A stretch of DNA of 64,000 bases from Azolla caroliniana (Eukaryota; Plantae; Polypodiophyta): the NCBI GenBank assembly GCA_043228905.1, contig JBHGNT010000008.1, positions 868,001 through 932,000 of the forward strand, in the 5' to 3' direction. Below the pieces are notes generated by a model. The model was not told the origin of the DNA. It did not search any database and worked only from the letters and a program-made list of their open reading frames with translations. Positions 51,773 through 64,000 of this stretch are shown one piece after another. Position numbers and translations under genes: made by a program. How positions within the stretch are numbered: the stretch's first letter is position 1; each line of letters begins with the position of its first letter.

Positions 51773-53473
51773 TTAACAGAAAGAAAGAAAGAAAGAAAGA
51801 AGAAGAAGAGGCGCTTTCTAAAATCTCTACGTGTCTCTGCTCTTTTTCTCTGTCTGCGGATTCCAAATCCCCGACCGATTCTCCAATCCAATTTAGAGGA
51901 GGACTCCATGTCCGCAGGATCTCTCTCTCTCTCTCTCTTTCTCTTTCTCTGCTCCCTCCGTCTGATTCATTCCTTCCTTAACATTCATTCTCTCTCTCTC
52001 TCTCTGCTTCTTTCCTCTTCTGATTCATTCTCTTTGCCATTGCAACGCAGGCACAGACGAAACACAACAGACTCGAACACATACACACAAGCAGTAGTGG
52101 ATCACTCTGCTCCGCTCCCATCGCAGGTAGGTAGCTAATGCCTTCCTTACAGTTACTTTACTTCATTCATCATGGCCGCTTCTCGCCCCCCCATTTCACA
52201 CAAAACTGTTTTCGTTTTCGTTCTTGCCTTCACATAGACTTACTTTACTTGCACACAGTTCCGGGTTCTGATTCGATTCGAACAGGTGGCTAATTTAATC
52301 AAGGTTGAATCGACTAGTCCTTTACTTCTATCACGAAACCTCCAAAAACGACAAATGTTTACTTCCATATTTCAGACTTTTTACATGCCATTATCATCTC
52401 CGCAATCCTTACAATAATTACTCTTCTTCTTCTTCTATTTGTGAAGAAGATCTAAGAGGAAGTATCCATCCCCTCGATCAATCTCAAATCCAAAGAGAAA
52501 GCAATATCAGCTATCACTCACTGTTTTTAACGTGTTACTACAAACATATTCCCTGCAGAATCAGCTTCTAGTTGCAATTACGCTATAGGTTGGGTTTTCA
52601 TCGTTATCAATCTTTACAACATTTTTCAATAAGCAGTACTTTGTTTCCATTGGGAAGGTCACACGGGGAGGATTCCTTTATCTCTGCGACACTTTCTTTC
52701 AGAAAATGCTTCAGTTTGCATTGGCCAACTTTGCCATTCTCTGAATTGTCTATAAGTTAGGGCTCATTCTTAGTTCAGGCTTGGATCTGAAAGGATCTCA
52801 AGGTTTATTTCCCAGTTATCTAGTTGTGGTACAGTTACGATTTTTTGCTGCTTGATCATGTTTTGGGATACTTTAGTACTGATTCCAGTAATCCATTCGG
52901 TGGGTGGCAAGGACAATCTGGTGTCATTGATGCTCTGTAACAGCCAGTTGTAGATGCTTATCTTTAGTACATACATATCTTCGACAAACCTGTGTGGGTT
53001 ACCCTAGCCTTATCTGCTAAGATCCCTATATTGGTTGTGTGATGTGAAAGGCACGAAGATACATGCTAGATTGCGAGGTTTGGTGGTATATGTGTTGACA
53101 AAGGCTTAAGTGCATGGTATTCACCAATGTGATAAATGCATTATAATGGAGATTTTGATCTACTACGATCTGGGTATATGTACCTTATTCACTGAAACAG
53201 GGCGCTTTGTGTTTCATGATATTGTATTGTTTGATTAAGTTGTAGAGGATAATTACGAAGAATCTTGATCTTATCTATAACTTAAAAATTTTCAAGATAG
53301 GTGGGTTTTATGAGGAGAGCGACTGTAAGTTGCTGCTTTAATGTTGCTTCTCCTTGCCTTTCTTCAATGAATAGGAATTTATTATCTATCCTTAAGTTTT
53401 ATATCTCATGTATTCTGTTATTTCTGACAGATGCGATGCCTGTTTTGCAGCCTGTTCATTAAATTCTTCCACC

Positions 53474-56306
53474 ATGGCTCCATTAGCCCACAAACCAATT
53501 TTTGTGGAAGCATCAGTTGGATTGAAAATCAACAGAGCATGTTCACATCTACAGCCTTTGGTCCACAAAGTGTTTCTTAGTTCTCACAAACTTACAGCTG
53601 TTGCAGGAAAAAATTCACATTCAACATTACTAGACGTTTTTTACAAACCACACGGCTCAAGTTCATATAAAATTTGTATAAAACCTTGTTTACACCATTT
53701 TCGTAAGCGATCCACCAAAGTTCAGTCTTTGTATGGTTCTGATGATGGAGTCGTTGGAGATTCTAAGCTCCAGCAGGTATTAGTAGACATGGTTCGCATC
53801 CAAGTAGGGAAAGTGCGTATGATAGAGTTTGTTGATGAAAGGTCTCAGTATTTACGCAACATTGCTGATGAGGCCACCTTTGAATATGACCAAATTGCTT
53901 ATCGAACTATGAAGGGCTTAGATGCAACGGGAAGCCGTGTAAGAGACTGGCTCCTTCAGATCTTTTTAGGGTTCTTGGTATCAAGTGCAAGTCATCTTTT
54001 TATATAAAGTCTCATGGGCTATATACAGTTGTTACTATGTGTATAGTTATTTTATAGGGGATTATAACGTTCTACTTGATTTTTAAATATGAATTATTGG
54101 AAAATCCATAATGGTTGGGATATTAAAATGTTAAGATGTTCAATGACTTTGTGAATAGAACAACTATTCTTATCATTCTTAGCGTGCATTGGGCAGGTTC
54201 TCCGTCAGCTAGATGCTGATGCAAATGCTATTGTGCAGGATTTGATTGTTGCCCGGGCTGAGCTCGAGGTACTTACTCTCATTGTGATCTATTTTTCTGT
54301 ATGTGTGCTTGCAAAAACCATTAATCCTTAATCAAGACTCTTAACGTATGTCATGTGATTTGCATTTGAACCCCAATGGAATGTAATTGGCATCCAATCC
54401 TGCACCTAAGTAAGGGCACATGATCTTGCAGGACGTGTTGGTTATTCCTCTCTTTGAATATATTAGCTGCCTAAAAATTCTCATGTTGATTCCTGAATGT
54501 ATTCATATATTTGAATCAGGAGGATTTATTGGGGGTAAACCTTGAAACTTACGACTGTTTTGTACTTTCTTGGCAGGCTCAATCAAGAGACTTCGAGGAG
54601 TTTCAAATCCGAATTGCATACTCAAGAAACGAGGGTCTGTTTTTCAAAAACTTATATAGATCTCCTCAGGCATGGAGGCATCACGGAGGTTTATCTAAAG
54701 AAAAGATTGAAGAAGTATGCTTGCTCCATGTCTCTGTAGTCTGGGTTCTCTGATTAGAGAGGGTTTTGTGAGGAATAGTAATTTCCGTCTGAAATTACTA
54801 ATCCTCAACATATATAAATTATAGGGTAACATCAATTTTCAGCCTTCCATTTCCTATTCATGTCGTAACTGGATTTGCATCGGAATACCTCCTTGCTTTG
54901 CATTATGATATGGATTATTTACTTTTCGTTTCAATCTTCTACTTTACTAAGAAAATCATCAAACCAAAAAACCTGATGATTTATACAGTTGATCTTGCCA
55001 CCACGAACCATCACAACAAAAGATAACCTAACAGAGTCTTACAACATCAATGGGATCTTGAGAGAAATGACTAGAGGGTAGTTTCATTAACATAACCAAG
55101 GACCAACATCTCAAAGTTAAATACGAAATCATGAACATGCACCTCCAAAACACCCACATGGCCATGTTGAACACCATGTACAAATAAGAGGCTGACGGAG
55201 AGCCATGTCAAACTGACTTATGAATTTTTTTCAATCCATTGCCGCAAAAGTCTCTCGCTCTTTCTAATCTTGGACTTGTACCCTCATTTCAATCCTCGCT
55301 TCATTATCTCTCTATCATCTTATTTCAGACCCAGACCAAAACTTCATTGTCTCAGCTCTCTGTTTGGTTTTTATATTTGCTCATAATGGATAACTCATAT
55401 TTTTTATTTCACATTTGTTTACAATAATATATACCACACTTGTATGTACACACTTGACATTCATGGTTGTTGGTCAAAGCACACTTTCAAAGTAATTACG
55501 AGGAAATTGAGCCGATCTATGGAAGCTTGGTTAACTTGTCCGAATGTAAGACTGTAGTCATATAGTAAGAATTGAACTGTTTTTTGTTGCTGCAGAAGGT
55601 AGCACTAGTTGCAATGGAATCAGGGCAGGAATTTGGTCCAGGCTATCAACAGCTATTATATGGAGGACTGTCTTTAGTGATGGTCTCATTTATCTGGAGC
55701 TCAAGCTCAGGTGATATGTCATGCATTGCATAATATATTACATGTTACTAATAATGGAATTAAAGAATTGCAACCTGCATCTATCTCGAATTCTCTCTTC
55801 ATCAAAAGAATACTTTCGAACTATTTATTTTTGCTTTGTTAAGTGCACCCAGAATTGTTTATTCCAGATTTGCTTGATCTTTTATGTATGAAATACCAAC
55901 CAATATGCTGTTCTTTCCATAATCCCTTCCATCAAAGAAACTTCATTCAAACCCAACCTTCTCCAGTTACAAGACTTGTTCTTTCTATTATTTAGGAAGT
56001 GTTCCAAGAAAGTATTTCAACATCATCAAATCACAAAACATGTACTCTGGATGTATTTTTTTTCTACAATAAAGCAGGCGTTCATAGGAACATTCTTTGA
56101 TCAAATATGTTTGTTCAGCTTTGATGGCAGGAGCATGCATGCGGGTCTCAAAGCTAGCTTCTTACGGTGTCATTTTCTCGCTTCTACTTGCTCAGTTGGC
56201 ATATATCAAAGTCATTGCAGAAGAAGAAAGCGATGGGGTCCTAGGTATGAATAGCCAACCGACTAAAGATGAAGGTGATGGAGAAGTAAATGACTCCCAA
56301 GGATGA
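53474..56306 (+). CDS. Uncharacterised conserved plant protein with transit-peptide-like N-terminus, coiled-coil and two C-terminal TM segments; exons 53474-53938, 54197-54268, 54577-54714, 55596-55710, 56119-56306
   Basis: Continuous spliced ORF GDSKLQQVL..KVRMIEFVDERSQYL..MKGLDATGSR|VLRQL..|..RNEGLFFKNL..; recalled resemblance to Arabidopsis At3g09050-like proteins (unverified); non-coding first exon ends at 52126 (CAG|GTAGG). Confidence 0.85.
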
Positions 56307-56740
56307 ATGAACCAGCATTTGTGGTTTGTACAGAATATGCAATTACAAATATTAGAAAGTTTCCCAGATTTAATAATGTAAATATAAGAAGTTAATCTGA
56401 TTCCTTTGGGGGCTTTTTTACATAGCCAACCTTCTTGTATAATTCTTAGCAATGGATTCATGGCATTATGCATTATTTTTTAATTTTTATTATGGAGAAA
56501 AAAATCTGTTAGTGTAATGGTGTCATGGTAAGACGGTTATAGGGAAGTAAATTTCTCCCAAGGATGAATGCACCACAGCATTTTTGGTTTACAGAATATG
56601 CAATAATATACATTACTAGAAAGGTTCCCAGGTTAATAATGTAGACATAAAGATGTTCAGTTGATTTCTTTGGGGGCTTTGCGACATAGCCAAAACTTTT
56701 GTATAATTCGCAATGAATTCATGGCATTATGCATTATTTT
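56277..56740 (+). repeat. Diverged ~200-bp direct duplication of the stop codon/3'-UTR region
   Basis: gaagtaaat..cccaaggatgaat..cagcattt..acagaatatgcaat..attcatggcattatgcattattttt at ~56283-56480 and ~56543-56741. Confidence 0.85.
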
Positions 56741-57293
56741 TGAAGGAGAAAATTCTGTAGCTATGGCCAGGACAAACAGAAGACAGTAATGAGATTTGTA
56801 GTTTCGTCTCCATGGAGTGCCTTCCTGAATCAAAAGGAAGGGTTACGTCATTGTGAACATGACTGCTTTTGCTAAATAGGATTGACTTCATTTCAATCTC
56901 CATAATAATTTAAGAGAGTTGTGCATAATGCACCAAAATAACAATAAATTATTTACGGAAATTTAGTGTAATGAAGTATTGGTAAAATGATGTCTTTTCT
57001 ACTTCATAAAGTGAACCAAAAACGAATGCTTCAATCCCTCAACAAATGGGAATTGGGTCTTTTTGCTCTACAGTAATATGAGTACTAAACATATGTAAAA
57101 GCTATAATCACTGTTACATTGGATTTGTTGTAGCTTAATAAAGTGTCATTGTGGACAATGAATTCATGTGAAAAGACTAAATGTAACAAATCGATGTTGC
57201 ATAAACAAATGTCACAATAAGATATTTCAGCAATAGATGTCTTGATGTTTCAGAAAAACAAAGACTCAAGTGAAAATGAATGCCTAAAGCTTG

Positions 57294-57748
57294 TGTTACA
57301 GGCATGACCATATAATATCCCGTGGTAAGAATTTACCGTAGTATTCTATACACGTGGATAAGTGTGAGGGTTAAATGAGAGTGTAAAGAAGGGGAGGATT
57401 ACTTTTAATCCTCGGGATTGAGACAACCCATTAGGTCAAGTGTGAACTTGCCTGGGGGCCTTGGGTTTCGCTATAAATAAGAGGCCTAGCTACCCTCATT
57501 TGATCATCTTTTGACTACATCGAGACTCTGCTCGTGTGGTGGGTCAACTCTTGTAGCGAGCGCGCCAGCACCAGGTACGACTCGACGCCACGACGGTGGT
57601 ATGGGACGCCGATCGAGGCTCGAGTCCGTCTCGATCCCTTCGCTCGGGGGTGGTCGGGTGGATCGGCACCCTTCTTTCTCTTTCTCCTTTCTATCTTTCA
57701 TTTCTTTATCCTTATCTTAAGCTTACGTTAGTACCAAGATCTATAATA
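57294..57748 (+). repeat. 5' LTR (~455 bp) with TATA box at 57472-57479
   Basis: Start matches 63856-64000; ends ..ATAATA just before the PBS. Confidence 0.9.
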
Positions 57749-57994
57749 TTTGGTATCAGATTTTTGTACTAATGTTTCTTTGTTTTTCATTTGTCTTTTG
57801 ATTGATGCTGATCGATCGTTGTGCGGTTGGCCTTGATCCAGACAACGATCAACAAAGAACTTCGGTAACTCTTTCCATAATTTTTCTTTCTATTCTCTCT
57901 TCTCCCATCTAATCATGTGTTTAGTTTATATGTAATTTTTTTCATTAAGTCAATGATGTTGTAGTGGTCTTTAATTGATTATCTAAAACGTTTA

Positions 57995-58265
57995 CATATG
58001 TGCACGAGGTCAATACCTCGTTTGACATGTTAATAATATGTGATGAGTGTCGTATGCGTACGAGGTTAATACCTCAATTACGTATTACGTTCACGAACAT
58101 ATGTTACGTTTGCGTATGAGTTTAATACCTTGATTTGTTGTAAACGATATGCGTTTGGTCTCGTATGCGTAAGAGGTCAATACCTCCATTGCGTATTACG
58201 ATGATCTCTTATTTGTGGATGTTTCGTGTGCGTAGAGGTATATACCTCGATTACGTATCTCGATC
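57995..58265 (+). repeat. Array of five stem-loop units (core GAGGT-YAAT-ACCTC) in the chromovirus 5' leader
   Basis: Cores at 58006, 58062, 58118, 58173 and 58235 (spacing 56/56/55/62) with complementary flanks CGTATGCGTA..TACGTATTACG. Confidence 0.9.
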
Positions 58266-59435
58266 ACATCATTTGTGGCTATTTAATATAACGATATGTT
58301 TAATATAGGCATATGTGGTCACATATATACGTATTTGATCGTATATATGTGATAAGTAAACATATGTGTATATTCGTTATTACGTGATTATATCGAAAGT
58401 TGCCATGGTCGGGAAAAGGATGTTGGTGGCCGTCCTCACATTTTTGTGAAAATGGCGTTGTCACCATCCCTTTTTCAACAATTTTTTATTGTTGACAACC
58501 CCGTTGATGACCTCGATTTCGTTACGTAAAAAAACGCAATAGCCATAATGATGTTGAGTACGTAGGGCTTGACCCACTTCAAGTGAGGTCGCTCCAATGA
58601 CGCACGTATCCAACATCCCTCCCTCGTTACATGGATACGATGCCACCATGAGCTCGTTCTTACGAGAGGCATTCGTAATGACGTGACCATGTGATGGCCC
58701 ACATGAGCCTACTACGAAACGAGGGCTCATTTGGCTTGACCATTAGGTTGCACTTTGGCGTATGCCATCGTAATTACGAGACTTGAGGTTAGGTAACGTA
58801 CCAACATAGTTTTGGTAAATGAGGGCGAAATAAGGACCCTTGACATATATGTTCTTTTAAAAAAACATATATGATCAATTGCCTCGCATATCTCTTATAC
58901 GCATCAAACATTAAACATTCGAGAAGACCAACTTACTTGGTTGGCTCAAGTGTTTAATGTATTTGTTCTCGAGGTCTCGAGTTCAAATATGACCAAGACC
59001 ATACAACATCCTTGATACATATGACTATAACACATGTTTAAACTTAAGGTCTAAGTGCACCTCGGGGTCCTCGTAATAGGACTTAAAGAGCCGAAACCAC
59101 TTATGTGGGCACCGAAACATAGTTTATTGTTAACATTTTTTTCATGTATAAACTATTCATGACGCGAACATACATGGTTGAGCCTCGGGGAGCCACCATG
59201 AAAAAATCGATATAGAGATCAGGGAAAGACATTTATTTGTCACCCCCATGGTTTTTAAAACACCTTTGTGTTACCATAGTAACCTGATCTTGAAACTCAT
59301 CTCATACGTCTAGAGGGGTATTGACGTGAGATAATGATATCGATTAATGCTCGCCCATGATATGTTTACATCACGACATGATGTTATGACTATATCTCTG
59401 ACCTTATCCTATTTCTTTTCCAGAAATAATCTTTA

Positions 59436-62400
59436 ATGGCTCAAATTAACGACCCGATGTCATCCGCTCAAGCGGAAGGAACTCAAGGGAATCCTCCTGG
59501 ACAAATGTCCACTGAGATGTATTTGGCACAAATAACCCAATTCCTTAGTTTCACCGCTCAACAGATGACCGAACTTTGGCAATCTCAGAGTGCTCTTGAG
59601 GCACGTGTCATTAGTCTACAACGTGAGACTAATAGACCTGATGAGCGACAGGGTGAACCATCATTTGTCGTTAAGCCATTTACGGGAGACAAAAAAGAAA
59701 GAACCGAAGAAGCAATCTGCACATGGCTGGGACGATGGGAGTCTCATTTTGAGCTCTATCCCACGCCAGATAGTACGAAGATTGCATATGTCGGCCGAGA
59801 ACTCGGGGGTAAGGCCGCCGCCTAGTGGCGTGGCCTCCGTACTATGGGGAAATTGCCCGATACCTGGACAGATTTTGTCACGGTTTTTAAGGGCCAATTT
59901 CTGCAACCTCCCTCTCGAACCGAGGCAGCACAAGCTTTAATGAACCTCTCTAGCAGGAAATTTTCCTCGCTAGAAGACTATGTTCACCATGCTAGGACCC
60001 AAATCCAAAAATCGGGTCTAGAAGGGGACAATTGGTTGATAGCTTGTTTTGTCAATGGCATCCCCAATTCGGATTATCACTGGATAGTGCACGATAAGGA
60101 TCCAAAATCCTTCGAAGAGGCCGTTGAAATAGTTCTTCGCTACCAACGCACTTCGAAGAAGGACCATAACAAACCCAACGAAGCGCCCGGGACTAAGCAG
60201 TCGCAATTTGTTGGGAAACGCAAGACACCCAACGAATTCCTGGATCGCGATTGTAAGCGACAACATCCTTTTTGCGTATTCTGCAAAAAGAAGGGTCATA
60301 CAAAAGATCAATGTCGAAAGCTCCAACGGAAAGAGCACGACAACAAAGCTAAAGCTGCAGACCATAAAGGTCAGATTCCTAATGTCCTTCAGGTCTATAC
60401 ACACCATTTAAGTAATTGTCAATGTTCTTTCCCTCACTATGTATTGGGTCCCAATGATTTACTACGTGCAAACGGGTATATCAATGGATCTCCCGTACAA
60501 TTTTTATTTGATTCGGGAAGCTCACACAATTTTGTGAATGATCGTTTGGTTCAGATATGGGGAATCCAACCCACCGTAAGTGATCACACCTACACGGTGC
60601 ACTTGGCTGATGGAAGAGTACAATACATCAACGGGGCGATTCATTCATTAGGAATTTCTATTGATACTTATATAGAGGAAGTAGACTTCCATGTAATGAA
60701 TCTTTGTACCACCGATGTAATACTGGGTTATCCCTGGTTTTATAATAAAAACTCTTCTTTATTTATTGATTGGGTTCATCATTCCATTTCTTTTGTACTG
60801 AACGATTGTACGCATTTTATTCAATGTGTAAAAAAACAATCCCTCTCGATTGTTTCCTCGTGTCCATCAATATCCGAGTTGTCTTGTTCTACGTTATTTT
60901 ATTGTGTACTTGATCCGGACATTCACGTTTACAATATCGATAATGTCCCGATTCAATTAACATATTTTGAACAACAACAACTTGATGAAATCTTAAATGA
61001 TTTTCATGATGTTTTTCCAAGTGAACTACCTGATGGGTTACCTCCTAAACGTAATATAGACCATCGTATAGATATTGTACCTGGTGTTGCACCAATAAGT
61101 ATACCTCCGTATCGCTTAAGTCGATCCGAAGAAGATGAGGTATCTAAGCAACTCAAGGACTATTTACGAATGGGTTATATACGTTATAGTAAATCTCCAT
61201 GGGGTGCACCAGTTCTCTTGGTTAAAAAGAAAGAGGGCACATGGCGTATGTGTATTAATTACCGACGCTTGAATAAAGTGACGATCAAGAATTCGTATCC
61301 ATTGCCCCGGGTTGACGATCTAATTGACCGTCTCCAGGGAGCTCGGTATTTTACGAAACTTGATCTCCGTACTGGCTACCATCAAATAAGAATAAGTGAG
61401 GACGATGTTCCTAAAACGGCATTTCGTACGCGCTATGGCCATTACGAGTTTTTGGTTATGCCTTTTGGTTTGACCAATGCTCCGGCTACTTTTCAACAAG
61501 AAATGAATGACATTTTCCGAGAACAACTTGGAAAATTTGTCGTTATTTTCTTGGATGATATTTTAGTTTATAGCCGTACATTACAAGAACATGCTAGACA
61601 TGTCCGCTTTGTTTTACAAACATTGCGTGACAAACAATTTTATGCGAAGATCTCAAAATGTGAGTTCTTCAAGAAATCAATTACTTATCTAGGACATCTC
61701 ATAACCGAACGAGGAGTTGAAATTGATCCTTCTCGCATTGAGAAAATCAAGCTTTGGCCCACTCTTCGGAATATTCGAGAAGTTCGATCATTCCTTGGTT
61801 TTGTGGGGTTTTTGCGAAAGTCTCTTCGTAATTACTCCCAATTGACGACGCCGTTTACTGATCTTTTAAAAGGTCAAACGCGTAAGTCTACAAAACCTAT
61901 TGTGTGGAATGCTACACTAGACCTTGCCTTTAAGGAACTCAAGGACCTGGTTTGCAAGGCTCCTTCACTTCTTTTACCCGATCCTTCAAAACCTTTTGAG
62001 GTTGAAACCGATGCAAGCGATTATGCTATAGGTGCTGTCTTGTATCAAGATGGTAAACCAATAGCATTCGAGAGTAAGAAACTTGATTCTGCTCAATGTC
62101 GGTATACCGTTCAAGAAAAGGAATTATTTGCAGTTATACATGCGCTCAAAACATGGCGCCATTATCTTTATGGAAATCACTTTGTGGTAACTACGGACCA
62201 CGAGTCCTTGAAATATTTTTGTGACCAACAAGACCTGAAAGGTCGTAAGGCACGATGGGCTGATCTCATCCAGGACTTTGATTTTTCCATACGATATCGT
62301 AAAGGTTCCATGAACACTGTCGCTGATGCACTAAGTCGCATCCGTGAAGTTAACACGCTTAGCTTCACTGAAATATCATCAGATCTTTACGATCACCTTC

Positions 62401-63869
62401 GAGGAAAGTATCCTGATGACAGTTATTTCGCAAAATACTGGGCAAGAGTTGAGTCTGGAACAGACACCACCACATCCTCGAAGGAATACTTCCACATTGC
62501 TAACGGTTTGCTCTACCGTAATGGGAAGGTTTGTGTTCCAGATTTACCCGAGGTCAAAAAGAGGATTCTTTTTGAATGCCATGATGCACCCTCAGCAGGG
62601 CACCCTGGAATACATCGTACACTCGTTCTCATCTCCACTCAATTTTATTGGCCTAAGATGCGTCCTGACATACATAGCTATGTGACTAAATGTCACCAGT
62701 GTCAGGTTAACAAAGCCGAGCGACTTAAAGCCGCAGGACTTTTACATCCCTTGGACATTCCCAATAATAAGTGGGAAAGTATATCCATGGATTTTATTGT
62801 TAGCCTTCCTCGCACCCAAAAAGGTCATGATGCCATCTGGGTTGTCGTTGATCGACTAACTAAAATGGCCAGATTTATTGCTACTAAAACCACGGTAACA
62901 GCTCCTGAATTGGCTTACCAATTCGTTGACGAATTGTTTCGTTTTTATGGGTTACCGATGGATATCGTGAGTGATCGAGATCCAAAGTTTACTAGTGACT
63001 TCTGGACACAAGTCTTTAAGAAGTTAGAAACTACGTTGAGCATGAGCTCCACGGATCATCCTCAATCCGATGGACAGACAGAACGAGTAAATCAAATTAT
63101 TGAGGACATGCTTCGAGCATACGTTGGTGCAAAACCAACAAAATGGGAACGTTATCTCCCAATTTTGGAGTTTGCTTATAACAGCTCCAAGCATACGTCG
63201 ACGGGATATAGTCCTTTTATGTTGATGTATGGTTTTCAGCCACGAGCCCCGATTGATGTTACTATACATCATGATGAGTTGCGAAGTACGCAAAACTTCC
63301 TTCGGGATATGCAAGATATGTTGCATATTGCACGAGATAATATAAAAACAGCTCAAGATAGAGCGCGTTTTTATGCCGATCATCATAGGCAACCTCGTGT
63401 ATTCAACCCTGGACAGAAGGTATTTTTACGTGTACCTCACAATTCCAAGACATTGTCTACGGGTAAGTGCGCTAAGTTAGCCCCACGGTTTTGTGGACCT
63501 TTTACAGTCCTCAAACGCATTGGGTCATCAGCCTATCGTCTCGCTCTTCCCGATGGTATCGGAATTCATCCAGTCTTTCATGTGAGTCGTCTAAAAGAAC
63601 TTCTAGGTTCTGGCGACAATACAGTTACGACTGAAACTCTGGTTACTTCTGAAGAATTATCTTCTAAACCACATGTACCAGAAAGAATTCTCGATGTTAA
63701 AACAAAAAAATTACGTACTAAAGAAATCCGAGAATTTAAAATAAAATGGATGGATAAATCAATAAAAGATGCCACATGGGAACGCGAAAATACTCTTAGA
63801 ACTAACTTCCCTAACTTTCCATTGCAAGAGTGCAATGTTTTAAAGAGGGGGAGTATGTTACGGGCATGA
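59436..63869 (+). CDS. Chromovirus gag-pol (Gag, protease, RT, RNase H, integrase, chromodomain) interrupted by one in-frame TAG at 59823-59825
   Basis: [80 protein letters not shown]; the two ORFs share one frame. Confidence 0.95.
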
Positions 63870-64000
63870 CCATATAATATCCCGTGGTAAGAATTTACCG
63901 TAGTATTCTATACACGTGGATAAGTGTGAGGGTTAAATGAGAGTGTAAAGAAGGGGAGGATTACTTTTAATCCTCGGGATTGAGACAACCCATTAGGTCA

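Larger units (their letters stand above)
57294..64000 (+). mobile_element. Ty3/gypsy chromovirus LTR retrotransposon, near full-length (3' LTR cut by the window end)
   Basis: 5' LTR 57294-57748, PBS TGGTATCAGA (tRNA-iMet type) at 57751-57760, PPT aaagagggggag at 63842-63853, 3' LTR from 63856; one mismatch in the 145 comparable LTR bases. Confidence 0.97.

Noticed and set aside
57995-58265. CRISPR array (regularly spaced palindromic repeats with variable linkers)
   Set aside because: Eukaryotic retrotransposon context, no cas genes, repeats too variable, and flanks that pair within each unit
58035-59660. Hammerhead ribozyme (GTGATGAG at ~58040, CTGATGAG at ~59638)
   Set aside because: No correctly placed GAAA core with the three helices could be built, and the second site lies within gag coding sequence
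59823-59825. RNA editing rescuing the gag stop
   Set aside because: Plant C-to-U and U-to-C editing is organellar, and neither change would restore Trp (TGG)

Overview
This is eukaryotic land-plant nuclear DNA: spliceosomal introns, PLS-type PPR remnants, a chromovirus and RTEX-like LINEs point to a non-seed plant, probably a fern (inference). Intact host genes: a CHI-fold fatty-acid-binding protein (FAP2-like, -), a purple acid phosphatase (-), an uncharacterised plastid-type protein (+), and two near-identical convergent genes encoding an atypical Dof-like zinc-finger protein, which sit in a ~2.8-kb-arm inverted duplication. Decayed sequences: a SAICAR synthetase pseudogene, PPR fragments, and two further Dof-like pseudo-copies that form a small fold-back. 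Mobile elements: a 5'-truncated Ty1/copia element, a young Ty3/gypsy chromovirus running off the window end, RTEX-like and L1-like LINE pieces, and hAT-type MITEs. The most notable signals are (i) the Dof-like family (CX2CX30CX3C finger, conserved GC-AG intron, (TTAGGG)n leaders), repeatedly arranged as tail-to-tail inverted pairs that could yield hairpin RNA, and (ii) a five-unit RNA stem-loop array inside what looks like a spliceable 5' leader of the chromovirus. All alignments and splice models were made by eye, and no database searches were run.
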